Program-made: the position numbers and the translations under genes | Shown here: positions 46,775-58,800 of the stretch, piece after piece | How positions within the stretch are numbered: position 1 is the stretch's first letter | Layout of the letters: every line of letters begins with the position of its first letter | From: Nemertoderma westbladi | Lineage: Eukaryota > Animalia > Xenacoelomorpha | Direction of reading: 5' to 3' | Length of the DNA: 64,000 nt | Assembly (NCBI GenBank): GCA_032718475.1 | Contig: JAUCBJ010008725.1 | Location: forward strand, 1-64,000 | The notes under the pieces: model-generated | The model's input: only the letters and a program-made list of their open reading frames with translations | Told to the model about the DNA's origin: nothing | Databases searched by the model: none

Positions 46775-47860
46775 CTGTCATTTATTATATTTATTTTACA
46801 TTTATAGTGCTTCTTGTAGTCTAGAACGTCAAAAACACATTTCATAGATAAGTCCAGAAAAAGAGAAAGAATTGGGTCGAGGTGTCCGAATGATACGAAG
46901 GTCTGGGGTGCTTCGTTTCGTCAGAAATGTAAGAATTTAACTGTTACCTGAGCAATTGACTCTCGTTTATTACTTTAGTTAGAATAACGTGCCAACCTCC
47001 TCATTTTCTTTAATCTACCTATTCGGACCTTCATCCCATTTGGCGGCATTTGGGGACTGGAACCCTCCTGAACCGAAAGGATTATGGCTATTTCTTCTGT
47101 ATTATATTTTAGGAAGTGAAGAAATCCATCCATCCAATAACGCGGGAAATTCAAAACGTAGTTAGGGCAAACCTGATTGCAATAATTATTGTACGGTAGG
47201 CCTAAACTGTACGTATAAAATCACAAACAGACAAAGCAAAACCCTGAAACCACAGTTCAGAAATATTATGTTCCGGTTGGCTGCGTACTTACTAACGTGT
47301 GAATGTTCCTGAAATCTATTGCCATACTTAAACGCGATTATGACAGTACGAGTGCAGTTTAGTGACTAGCTCCTGACTGAGAGTGGCTACCGGAACTGCA
47401 AGTGGCCTATCTGACTGTCTGAATACTGGAATATGTCTCTATAATGCTTTATGTCTGTATGTACCGCTTTATCTACAGTCCTACCGTATTCAGTACGGTA
47501 TACTGGTATATGCAGATGTACCAGTACGCACCGCACCGCACATGTACGCATTGTTGTGTGAATGGCAATAATTACATCTCATTATTGCATTATTATGAAT
47601 GTATTCCGAAAGGTATACATTGGTAAGGTACACGTATAAACATTTGGTCGTAATTCAGTAATTATAAGAGTATAATAAGTCTATATCTGTATGTGACCCG
47701 GTTTGTCTACTGTCTGGCGGTTGGTATCTGTTCGTTTTATGTTTTCGTAATAAGCCAATGTCTACCTGTTTTTGTATAGATTTCCTTAAATTTTCCATTG
47801 TTGTGTGTGTCTCTTCTGTTTAGCCAACTTTATTGTCAGTCAATTAAATCCCATCCCAAC

Positions 47861-48721
47861 ATGTTGTTGCGTTTATTAAATAGACCGGCTGCCGTTAATA
47901 ACAACGTATTGTTTCGGTTCCGGAATCAACTACATTGCTACCCGTCTTCGGTAACTTTACTCGTGTCGCCTTCTATTAAAACTGTAGCGAATTGTTATTC
48001 CTGCCGACCTATTATATCCCAACCGTTGACTTCACTTCATCGTCATATAAACTTCAACTATTTTGCTATTAACAGGTATTTATCCCAAAAACACAATGGT
48101 AAAGCTGAAGAAAATTTTCAGCCAGTTGATGTAAATTCCTCCTTAACTATTTTAGATAAATGCAAAATTATAGCGAAGCAGTATGGGATTGTGTTCATCC
48201 CATTACACACTGCAATGTGCGTAGTTTGGTTTGCAGTAATATACTACGCGATTAAGTACGGCATAAATCTTGGTGCTGTGTTGGAGTACATCCCTCTACC
48301 AAGTAATCTACGCAGTTTACTCAACGAGCACCAGACAGCCGGAGTCTGGGTTACGGCACTCGCGGTATTTAAGGTCTCAGGTATGTTGCGATATCCTTTG
48401 GATATCGGTCTCACCTTATTTGTTGTCCAGCAATTCCGAAAGTTCGGATATTTTAATCAACCGCCTCCTAATTTACGGAGCGATATTATCGGAAATGTAA
48501 AAAACCGACGAAAAAACGCCGGAAATAATCTTAAGAAACAGAGAGACAACGTAACTCTTAGACTAGCGACAGGGAGGATTCGTTTGAGACAATCGTTGTG
48601 GAGAAAACGAGATAGTATAAAGAAAAGTTTTAGAAATAAACAGCAGAAGTATGGGAGATTGCGAACCAGATCGATTCGTTCTAATGGTTCTGGTTTTAGT
48701 GGTAAAAATAATACCAGATAA
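47861..48721 (+). CDS. FAM210A: FAM210A-like (DUF1279) mitochondrial membrane protein, single coding exon
   Basis: ATG at 47861 starts an Arg-rich, acid-poor presequence-like N terminus. KQYGIVFIPLHTAMCVVWFAVIYYAIKYGINL...TALAVFK....RY resembles the FAM210A core; very basic C-terminal tail. Confidence 0.8.
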   Translation: MLLRLLNRPAAVNNNVLFRFRNQLHCYPSSVTLLVSPSIKTVANCYSCRPIISQPLTSLHRHINFNYFAINRYLSQKHNGKAEENFQPVDVNSSLTILDKCKIIAKQYGIVFIPLHTAMCVVWFAVIYYAIKYGINLGAVLEYIPLPSNLRSLLNEHQTAGVWVTALAVFKVSGMLRYPLDIGLTLFVVQQFRKFGYFNQPPPNLRSDIIGNVKNRRKNAGNNLKKQRDNVTLRLATGRIRLRQSLWRKRDSIKKSFRNKQQKYGRLRTRSIRSNGSGFSGKNNTR

Positions 48722-49138
48722 TTGTTGGAATGTGGTAAATATTGTTCTCTTAGGAAGATAATAATAATGTGGTCTCGGGTTTATATTTGGTATTTAAACA
48801 AGTTCTGGCTGAGAGACAAATTATGTGATGACAATTGCTTTATAAGATAAAATTAAGGATACTTTCAAATATTTCAATTCATTTGAATTTGGGTTCCGAT
48901 CTTGTAAATTTGTTTATGAATCTGATAGATTACTTATTATTTTTATAATCTCATTTAGTGAGGTAATTACTCTATGTGTGGCATTGTGTATTTTTGAATT
49001 GAGGAATTATTGGACGAGTTTGATAATTGTGCTGGAATTGAGTCCCTAAATTTAAAATTATCATCGAATCCGTGAGTGTATTCTATATATTGGGTTCACT
49101 ATTACTATATATCAGTTATAATCAAATCGAATATCTTA

Positions 49139-52100
49139 GGTCAAAGTCAAAATAAATGTTACAAAAGCGAAACTTTGGGATGAAATTTCATATCTGACTA
49201 AATATAGGAACATCATATGCCGTTGGAAAGATATTGACGAGCTGAATCCGAATTTGACAAAAAAAAATAAAGATAACTAAAATGCAAGACGTTATTGTCA
49301 AAAAACTGATTTAAATGATTCACGTCTACAGTTTTACTTGTAGCACATGATACAGATTATTCACCTCTACATTTTAACGTATACCATGAGCAATAACTCC
49401 TTCAGTAGTTGAATAAGTGGTTGCTCACGGTATACATTTTATGTGTTTCTTTGTGAATGATGTGGTTAGTGTAGAGTAGACCATGAATTGAATCAAGTCC
49501 TGCAAGTCTGTGATAACTCTGGAGCATTTAGAATACAAATATTAGTGCGAATTTCTATTTCACAGACGTATGATAGGGCTTACATGAATAAAATTATGCA
49601 AATTTCGACTGATTTACATTATTTAAGTATATGACTGCACTGGTGCATTAGCATTATTACTCATTTAACATTAACATTAAACAATTACAGTAATTTAAAA
49701 AACTTCTCATCGAAGAAGATCAGTTTTCTCATCAGTCTCTTCACTATAACTATTATTTATTGTTCAATATTTTCGAATCCTAAAAACTTCTGATCGAAGA
49801 TGCGTTGTTTCGTAGGAAACTTGTCGCAGAAGTAGCCTTTAATACACAAACTGCAGTAACACGAAAGCTCGCGGAAATGAAACTCGGATTGCTTAGCAAT
49901 TATATGGTGTAATTTAAGTGTCCCTTCGACAGGAGTGGGACATTTATATGAAGGAGGCAGTACTGACCACTCTTCATCGATCTCATCCTTTGAAATAAAA
50001 ATAAACTTGCAACTTTTCAGTTGTTTACTGCCTTTGCAGTATAAATAAACATCTTCAGCCGTGTTCATTACCACACCCTTCAAGCATGCATCGCGAGCAT
50101 GTCGTTTGACTAAACTACCAATGCCATCGGGCGCGCCTTTACCGTGACCAGTTTCGAAATAGTCGAATGTTAATTTAACGGAAAGGATTTCAGGAAGATC
50201 GCGCAAAGAATGAAACGCGAATCTGCTCTTGTATTGAGCTCCAGATCCATCTGAAAATCGATACACAATCTCAACTTGTTCACCTTTATCACGTAAATAC
50301 TTGACCAGTTTCTGTGTTGCGAGTCGCACAAAGACGTGGTCATGGTCTAATGAGTTTGATATGAAAACGAGATTTATACAACCTCCACCAACTAAATAAA
50401 CTCGAACAGGATGAACTGTCACATGTTTCTTACCCCAGTGAGCCTGCTGGATCTCATCATCAACCTCAATCGTAAAGTTTTCGGCAAAATCCATCCAGAT
50501 CAAAATTTCTCCAGGAACGAGACTTTCAGCCAATGTCCGTCTTGCTAAATACTGGTTTTCAGCTCTGTAGAGATGACATATAATTGAATGAATATCACCC
50601 TTAACGTCTTTAATCACATCTGTCGTTTTTGACTTTTTTTCCTCTAATACCCATTTGGTTTTCTTACTATCATCAGCAATCTTCACCTTTTTCCACTCTT
50701 TTACAACAACATTTGAATCCATTATAGTTCCATAAAGATGATCGACTTTACTATCACAGCAGCCATCATGAGATTTTACACATTCAACCTTGTCCGGACA
50801 TGCCAATCGTTTCGTTATGCTATACTCATTTGTGGGTAAATTTCGTATTCCCTGGTTTCGTCCAGCCACAACAAGAGCTTCTAGTTTGAATTTAAAATTA
50901 GTACACTGGGTACACTGGCAGACTCTCCTATCAGATGGTTTAATCCGTCGAACATTCACTGGTCGAAGTTTCTTGAAGGTAGTGAATCCCAGTTTGAAAT
51001 CACGATAGATTGATTTAAACTGTGCGAATGCCTCATCCATTGTAATTAATAAAGCTCTTCTGTTTGCTTTCATACATGGTAAAACGCGAGAAACCTCATC
51101 CCTGTTGAAGAATTCAAATGCCTTATCCTTCCAAATATCTGCAGCTTTAACACGAACTTTCGACTTGTTGTTGATAACTCTCCACACAAATTGCCTATTG
51201 CAACCAACCCTCGAAGCTATTTTGGTAATTGATTCGTTTTGTTTTCTCTTTAATTGTATAAGATTCTTTTTAGATTTTTTGGGCAACTCTCCATAATTCT
51301 CCTTCATAGAATTGTCAACAGCTGTTGCTGCTGCAGTACGCGCTAAAACTCGTTGTAAAACTCTGTCCTTAAATTTTGCAGTTTTAGGCAGTTTATTTAA
51401 AATTCTGTTACTCAATGTTCGGACAACATCCTTGCTCGGTGATTTTCCGTCCACTATAACATCTATTTCCACATCCATTACCTCAGCCCCTCCCTCCTCA
51501 ACAGCTACTGAATTATCTTCCCCACAGCACTCCATTCTAGCACTATCACTTCTACCACTCCCCCCTTTAGCATTCTTCCCTCTAGCACTCCCCCCTCTAG
51601 AACTACTGGTGCTCTCATCAGCCAGCTGCTTAATCTGTTCCTTTAGTGCAAAATTCTCATTTATCAACTCCATGATTTGAACATCCTTTTCACGTTTGCG
51701 ACGCTCTTGTTGACTCAATTGACGGGAAGTAGAAGGTGGTGTAATATCAACTCCAACTGTCTCATTCGAGTTGATTGGCGTTCGTTTTGAATGTTTTCCA
51801 TTTTCAACTTCTTTCTTCTTTTTTAAACGCCACTTTCTTTGTTTGATATTGTTCAATAATCGCTGCTGTTTACAGAATGCAGGATCACTTTTCATTTTCT
51901 CCTGTTTCTCCTTCGATTTCTCCTTGTCACGTATCCTTCGTCGTTCTTTTTCGCGTTCATAATATTCTTTGTGTTTTTTTCTATATCTAGTCGCTCGACT
52001 CATCACTTTGCCCACAACTTCCGCTGTTGATGCCGCCATGTTGGTTTTGGTTGATGACTTCGTCCGTTGGATGACTCTATTACTTCGTTTTGTCCCTGTG

Positions 52101-53447
52101 CTTGGTTGGCTTACACTCTTCATTTTATCCAACGTTGATGGTTTATCCAACGTTTTATCCGATGTTCCGGTAACATTCAACGCAATACGTTTATTATTTT
52201 TCGGTTGTTTACGGTTTGGATTATTGTCGCTAATTTCTAAACCCTCCTTATCGCGTGCCACTTCTTTACCGTTTCGCTTCGTTTTCTTACTGCTACGTTT
52301 TTTAAACAGTCGCTTCCCTCCTCCTCCTGTGGTACGCATCCGTTGCAACGACTCTATCTTATTCGATTTCTTAACAGTACTTCTAGCATTTAGATCACCA
52401 CTAATTTGACTAACTGTACGCGCCATAATTTAAACAGAAAATTCGAATTATAGGATTAGGATATATAGAATTAGGCTGTAGTGTAGTGACTAATTATTAA
52501 GTACCAGTGGCACTTTAAATTTGCCTCTCATGGTTTATACTGCTGACTGTACATAATTTCAAATTGCATACTGTAGACGATTAGTTTTGTAGACCGTGAA
52601 CACGATAAACAAGTACCATGAACCATTATTTATGATAAGTGTTCATGGTATTCAGTTTCACAGTCTACAACGTTTGTTTCATGATTACATACTTTAAGGC
52701 GTAGAGACAATATAATGCAATGGTCATAAATGAATGATAATAAAAATAAAACCTATGATGAGCAGCTCCCATTTACACCATGAACCAACATATCCACGAT
52801 CACACAGTTTCTGAAATGTGGAATTGAAATTTGATTCACGGTCTACAATGTTTATCTAAAATAGTGATTCACGGTGTTTAGAGCAATGGAAAATTAATAT
52901 TGCGGTAGAGGGAGTTGCCGTGTAATTAATTTAATAATTATCGATATATGAACTTTCAGAGAAAATATAACATTAAGGGCTTTGCTCTGGGAATTTCGGA
53001 ATTATCTCACTTCCAATTTCCCCAAATATTTGATAATATTAGTCAACTTCCCTAGCGAATATTCAGGCATGTGAAACAATGCCAAAATTGTATATTTTGG
53101 GCCCATCATATATTTAAAGGAATGTCAACATCTTAACATTCTAATGAACCCCTACTTTGCATGTCACACAACTCCAATCAAGAGTGACAGGGCGTTCATA
53201 TTGAAATAGTCAAAAAGTTTCGTTCATGGTCTACAGGTCTGGTCTACATAAGTGGACTCCAAAGTGGTTGGATAAAGGTATATTTTTGTGTAAGTGGTGC
53301 TGGATTTTATCTATGTTGTAGTGTTTATCAAGAGCTTTAAAATGAGCTATTGGTTATCAAATTTGGTCCAGTGGTTCAAAAGTTACAGACTTTTAAAAAA
53401 ATCAGCCATTGTGAAACACTGATGTAACATTTATTTTGACTTTGACC
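49139..53447 (-). mobile_element. Apparently intact DNA transposon, Sola2-like
   Basis: Perfect 25-bp TIR GGTCAAAGTCAAAATAAATGTTACA; 4-bp direct repeat CTTA at 49135-49138 and 53448-53451; single long ORF. Confidence 0.85.
49757..52426 (-). CDS. DDD transposase (Sola2-like), 889 aa
   Basis: Motifs MDFAENF..EIQQAHW..VTVHP, FSDGSGAQYKS and FETGHGKGAPDGIG; CQCTQC and C-terminal CYCSLC; basic N terminus. The superfamily is assigned from recalled motifs. Confidence 0.75.
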   Translation of the reverse strand: MARTVSQISGDLNARSTVKKSNKIESLQRMRTTGGGGKRLFKKRSSKKTKRNGKEVARDKEGLEISDNNPNRKQPKNNKRIALNVTGTSDKTLDKPSTLDKMKSVSQPSTGTKRSNRVIQRTKSSTKTNMAASTAEVVGKVMSRATRYRKKHKEYYEREKERRRIRDKEKSKEKQEKMKSDPAFCKQQRLLNNIKQRKWRLKKKKEVENGKHSKRTPINSNETVGVDITPPSTSRQLSQQERRKREKDVQIMELINENFALKEQIKQLADESTSSSRGGSARGKNAKGGSGRSDSARMECCGEDNSVAVEEGGAEVMDVEIDVIVDGKSPSKDVVRTLSNRILNKLPKTAKFKDRVLQRVLARTAAATAVDNSMKENYGELPKKSKKNLIQLKRKQNESITKIASRVGCNRQFVWRVINNKSKVRVKAADIWKDKAFEFFNRDEVSRVLPCMKANRRALLITMDEAFAQFKSIYRDFKLGFTTFKKLRPVNVRRIKPSDRRVCQCTQCTNFKFKLEALVVAGRNQGIRNLPTNEYSITKRLACPDKVECVKSHDGCCDSKVDHLYGTIMDSNVVVKEWKKVKIADDSKKTKWVLEEKKSKTTDVIKDVKGDIHSIICHLYRAENQYLARRTLAESLVPGEILIWMDFAENFTIEVDDEIQQAHWGKKHVTVHPVRVYLVGGGCINLVFISNSLDHDHVFVRLATQKLVKYLRDKGEQVEIVYRFSDGSGAQYKSRFAFHSLRDLPEILSVKLTFDYFETGHGKGAPDGIGSLVKRHARDACLKGVVMNTAEDVYLYCKGSKQLKSCKFIFISKDEIDEEWSVLPPSYKCPTPVEGTLKLHHIIAKQSEFHFRELSCYCSLCIKGYFCDKFPTKQRIFDQKFLGFENIEQ

Positions 53448-55179
53448 CTTATTATTAATTATTTAAACAATACAGAGATGGAGCCCTATTTGTAGAACTA
53501 ATTTCTTAACACAAAGAATCTCTTTGCATTTTCATTTCATTATATTGTATATATAATTTGTTTACTCTGTTAAATCGGGTCTCTTTCAATCTGGAACCCG
53601 CAGCCAGAACATTGCAATTCGTATTGGTATTGCATGTAATGTGTATATGCATGCATTAATGCTGTGCAGAATTCGTTTAAATTTCAGAAAATCCGCCGTA
53701 CCAAGTTGGCTTCAGTCGATTATTGATGATAACAATATCGACCTACTGAAATCACCCCAAAACATTTACTATATACTCCATCACCCGCCCGAAATACAAA
53801 TTATTTTCTGAATAAGAGTCTGACCAGTTACATATTTTACATACAATATATTTAACGTGTTGCTTAAAATATTAATCACAACTAGTTCAGCTCACCGTCG
53901 ATATCCAGTGGTTTATAATTTTTTAAAAATTTTAGTCATCGCAGGGGGGGGGGGGGGGGGGGATAGGAATAGAGAGAATAAATGGAGAGAATAATAATAG
54001 AAGAGAAGAGTAAATAAGATGAGAAAGAGAGCGGATGACAAATCGAAGAGAAAATACGACACGATGAAGAGAAGAAGAGCGACTTAAAGAGACGCTATTT
54101 TTACACATACGATGACGTTTAAGTCTTGACTTTAAAAAAATATGAAGATAAGATAGAGATTTGGGTAAAGTCTCGAATTAAATCTCAGTATAAGTAGATG
54201 TATGTATATATTTAATTAATTATCGCTTAACTCGAATTATTAATTATTATATACAATGATCCAATAGAACCTTTGAATACCGCGAGTTATAAAACAAAGA
54301 TGTTTTTTTGTTCTTACTGATACCCACCCGCCCCCCCGCAATTTTTCGAGGAGGGAAAAGCGCTATGAGCCGGTATTTTAGATTTTGCCTTTATAATTTT
54401 ATAAGCTATTTAAAAAAAGTGTATTTTGCGAAATTGCACCCTTTGTATCGCCGCCATTATTCACATTAGTCGTGATTTATTTATATCATTAGAAAGCTTG
54501 CGTTGCAAGGATTCCAAATATGTAACAGTGTCCGAATTTAGTTGAGAAGCAGCGGAGATATGGGCGTTCAAACTTTGCAAGTACTCAATTAGGATATTTT
54601 CTGTTACCGTTGTTGCCGTTCTATAATAATGCTTTCAAGAATATTGTGTATAAAATATGGAAAATGGTCACGATGCGAAGGAAGCGATTTCGCAAAAGTT
54701 TCTTATTAAAAAAAGCTAATTAAAAAATTTAAATTCAAAATCTAAAATATGCGGTATGAACGCATCTAAAAAACTTTCCTGCGATTGTTAATATACCAAA
54801 ACAATAAATTAATCTAGAAAAATATAGGGACTAACCTAAAACTAATTCGAAATTCATCCCAACCAAAATTGTTTGATTCTACATCTACAATATTTTACAC
54901 ATGCCAAAAAATTATTAAATTATTCTGGAACATTATATATTAGTTTGCTACTCACAAATTTTCAATGGTTCTGTTGATGATGATTCAGGCAGGGAGGAAT
55001 CACTGGTCAATCAGTCCTCATCCACATGCTCAGGCAAGCCATCCCTGGAGCTTATGCACTTACGATCAGACATTTCCTGCGGATGTCGAAGTTAACTGAC
55101 AATATTGTGGTTTTCTTGGCGTTAAAAAATAGACCAACACTAGAAGCAGCCTGTTCCAAAGAGCTGAAATTGAAGAGCC

Positions 55180-55815
55180 GTTGGGCTCCCTCAAGTGATT
55201 CTGAGAGTACTCCTAAAGTCAACATGCAAAGCAAAGTCTAGATCAGTTAGGTACTTGTCGGGATTTTCTCGACTTCTGGTGCCAGTGTAGGTGGAGTTAT
55301 CATCACCCCTTCATCATTATGATGATCTAAGGACATGCGTAGAACATAGTCAACCACAATAATGAACAAGAATGGTGCAAGTGTGTCTCTTTGGAGGACA
55401 CCCCATAACACTTCAAATGGTTCTGTGTCACCATCAACCCTAGAGACAAATGTCGTCGAACCATCATTATACTGATCTGATTGCTGCAATAATTTCATCA
55501 GGAATCCCATATAATGAAAGTATGCTGAACATACGTGAGTGAGAGACTGAATCAAAGGCCTTGAAGAAGTCAACAAAGATAACAGGGAGATGTCTGTCTT
55601 TCTGTCCTTCTTCAATTATCCTTCTAAGTGCCAAAATGGGCTCCATGGTCCCACGACCTTTACGGAACCCATTCTGATTTCCACGGAGCAGTCTCTCAAT
55701 GGGATCCCTGATGCGATTTAATAGAATTCTATTGTATAGCTTTGCAGCAATCTAGATCAACAAGATTCCACTAAAATATGCATAGTGTTAGGTTGCCCTC
55801 CTTGGGAATAGTGAC
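55180..55815 (-). pseudogene. Degenerate RTE-like LINE reverse transcriptase fragment
   Basis: Frameshifted minus-strand reading IAAKLYNRILLNRIR...NQNGFRKGRGT...FVDFFKAFDSV and GVLQRDTLAPFLFIIVVDYVL. Confidence 0.8.
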
Positions 55816-55828
55816 CAACGAGTCCGTA

Positions 55829-58800
55829 GTTCTGTTGATGGGGCACTCAGATAGCGAGGAGTCAATGGTTCTTTTGATGGGGGTCCTCAGATATGGATGA
55901 GTCAATGGTTCTGTTGATTGGGCCCTCAGATAGGGAGGAGACAATGGTTCTGTTGATGGAGGGGGGGCTCAGATAGGGAGGAGTCAATGGTTCTGTTGGT
56001 GGGGGGGGGCTCAGATAGGGAGAAGTCAATGGTTCTGTTGAAGGGGGGGGGGGGGGGGGGGCTCAAATATAGATGAGTCAATGGTTCTGTTGATGGGGGC
56101 CCTCAGATAGTGAGGAGTCAATGGTTCTGTTGATGGGAGCCCTTAGATAGGGAGGAGTCAATGGTTCTGTTGATGGGAGCCCTTAGATAGTGAGGAGTCA
56201 ATGGTTCTGTTGATTGGGCCCTCAGATAGGGAGGAGTCAATGGTTCTGTTGATGGGGGGCTCAGATAGGGAGGGGTCAATGGTTCTGTTGATGGGGCCCT
56301 CACATAGGGAGGAGTCAATGGTTCTGTTGATGGGGGTCCTCAGATTGGGAGAAGTCAATGGTTCTGTTGATGGGGGGGGGGGGAGGCTCAGATAAGGAGG
56401 AGTCAATGGTTCTGTTGATGGGGGAGGGGGGCTCAGATAGGGAGGAGTCAATGGTTCTGTTGATGGGGTCCTCAGATAGGGAGGAGTCAATGGTTCTGTT
56501 GATGGGGGCCTCAGATAGGGAGAAGTCAATGGTTCTGTTGATGGAGTCCTCAGATAGGGAGAAGTCAATGGTTCTGTAGATGGGAGCCCTTAGATAGTGA
56601 GGAGTCAATGGTTCTGTTGATGGGGTCCTCAGATAGGGAGGAGTCAATGGTTCTGTTGATGGGGTCCTCAGATAAGGAGGAGCCAATGGTTCTGTTGATG
56701 GGGTCCTCAGATAGGGAGGAGTCGATGGTTCTGTTGATGGGGTCCTCAGATAGGGAGGAGTCAATGGTTATGTTGATGGGGTTCTCAGATAGGGAGGAGT
56801 CAATGGTTATGTTGATGGGGTCCTCAGACAGGGAGGAGTCAATGGTTCTGTTGATGGGGCCCTCATATAGGGAGGATTCAATGGTTCTGTTGATGGGGTC
56901 CTCAGATAGGGAGGAGTCAATGGTTCTGTTGATGGGGCCCTCAGATAGGGAGGAGTCAATGGTTCTGTTGATGGGGTCCTCAGATGGAGAGGAGTCGATG
57001 GTTCTGTTGATGGGGTCCTCAGATAGGGAGTAGTCAATGGTTCTGTAGATGGGAGCCCTTAGATAGTGAGGAGTCAATGGTTCTGTTGATGGGGTCCTCA
57101 GATAGGGAGGAGTCAATGGTTCTGTTGATGGGGTCCTCAGATAAGGAGGAGCCAATGGTTCTGTTGATGGGGTCCTCAGATAGGGAGGAGTCGATGGTTC
57201 TGTTGATGGGGTCCTCAGATAGGGAGGAGTCAATGGTTATGTTGATGGGGTTCTCAGATAGGGAGGAGTCAATGGTTATGTTGATGGGGTCCTCAGACAG
57301 GGAGGAGTCAATGGTTCTGTTGATGGGGTCCTCAGATAGGGAGGAGTCAATGGTTCTGTTGATGGGTTCCACAGATAGGGAGGAGTCAATGGTTCTGTTG
57401 ATGGGGTCCTCAGATAGGGAGGAGTCAATGGTTCTGTTGATGGGGCCCTCAGATAGGGAGGTGTCGATGGTTCTGTTGATGGGGTTCTCAGATAGGGAGG
57501 AGTCGATGGTTCTGTTGATGGGGTCCTCAGATAGGGAGGAGTCAATGGTTCTGTTGATGGGGTCCTCAGATAGGGATGAGTCAATAGTTCTGTTGATGGG
57601 GTCCTCAGATAGGGAGGAGTCAATGGTTCTGTTGATGGGGGCCTCGGATAGGGAGAAGTCAATGGTTCTGTTGATGGGGACCCAGATAGGAATGGGTCAA
57701 TGGTTATGTTGATGGGGTCCTCAGATAGGGATGAGTCAATGGTTCTGTTGATGGGGTCCTCAGATATGGAGGAGTCAATGGTTCTGTTGATGGGGGCCTC
57801 AGATAGGGAGAAGTCAATGGTTCTTTTCATGGGGTCTTCAGATATGGAGGAGTCAATGGTTCTGTTGATGGGGTCCTCAGATAGGGAGGAGTCAATGGTT
57901 CTGTTGATGGGGTCCTCATATAGGGAGGAGTCAATGGTTCTGTTGATGGGGTCCTCAGATAGGGAGGAGTCAATGGTTCTGTTGATGGGGTCTTCATATA
58001 GGGAGGAGTCAATGGTTCTGTTGATGGGGTCCTCAGATAGGGAGGAGTCAATGGTTCTGTTGATGGGGTCCTCAGATAGGGAGGAGTCAATGGTTCTGTT
58101 GATGGGGTCCTCAGATAGGGATGAGTCAATGGTTCTGTTGATGGGGTCCTCAGATAGGGAGGAGTCAATGGTTCTGTTGATGGGGGACTCAGATAGGGAG
58201 AAGTCAATGGTTCTGTTCATGGGGTCCTCAGATAGGGAGGAGTCAATTTTTCTGTTGATGGGGTCCTCAGATATGGAGGAGTCAATGGTTCTGTTGATGG
58301 GGGCCTCAGATAGGGAGAAGTCAATGGTTCTGTTCATGGGGTCTTCAGATATGGAGGAGTCAATGGTTCTGTTGATGGGTTCCTCAGATAGGGAGGAGTC
58401 AATGGTTCTGTTGATGGGGTCCTCATATAGGGAGGAGTCAATGGTTCTGTTGATGGGGTCCTCAGATAGGGAGGAGTCAATGGTTCTGTTGATGGGGTCG
58501 TCATATAGGGAGGAGTCAATGGTTCTGTTGATGGGGTCCTCAGATAGGGAGGAGTCAATGGTTCTGTTGATGGGGTCCTCAGATAGGGAGGAGTCAATGG
58601 TTCTGTTGATGGGGTCCTCATATAGGGAGGAGTCAATGGTTCTGTTGATGGGGTCCTCAGATAGGGAGGAGTCAATGGTTCTGTTGATGGAGTCCTCAGA
58701 TAGGGAGGAGTCAATGGTTCTGTTGATGGGGGCCCTCAGATAGGGAGGAGTCAATGGTTCTGTTGATGGGGTCCTCAGATAGGGATGAGTCAATGGTACT

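Noticed and set aside
43925-55815. Endonuclease fragment (44 kb) and RT fragment (55 kb) as one LINE
   Set aside because: They are on opposite strands, 11 kb apart, and separated by a host gene, with no shared TSD.
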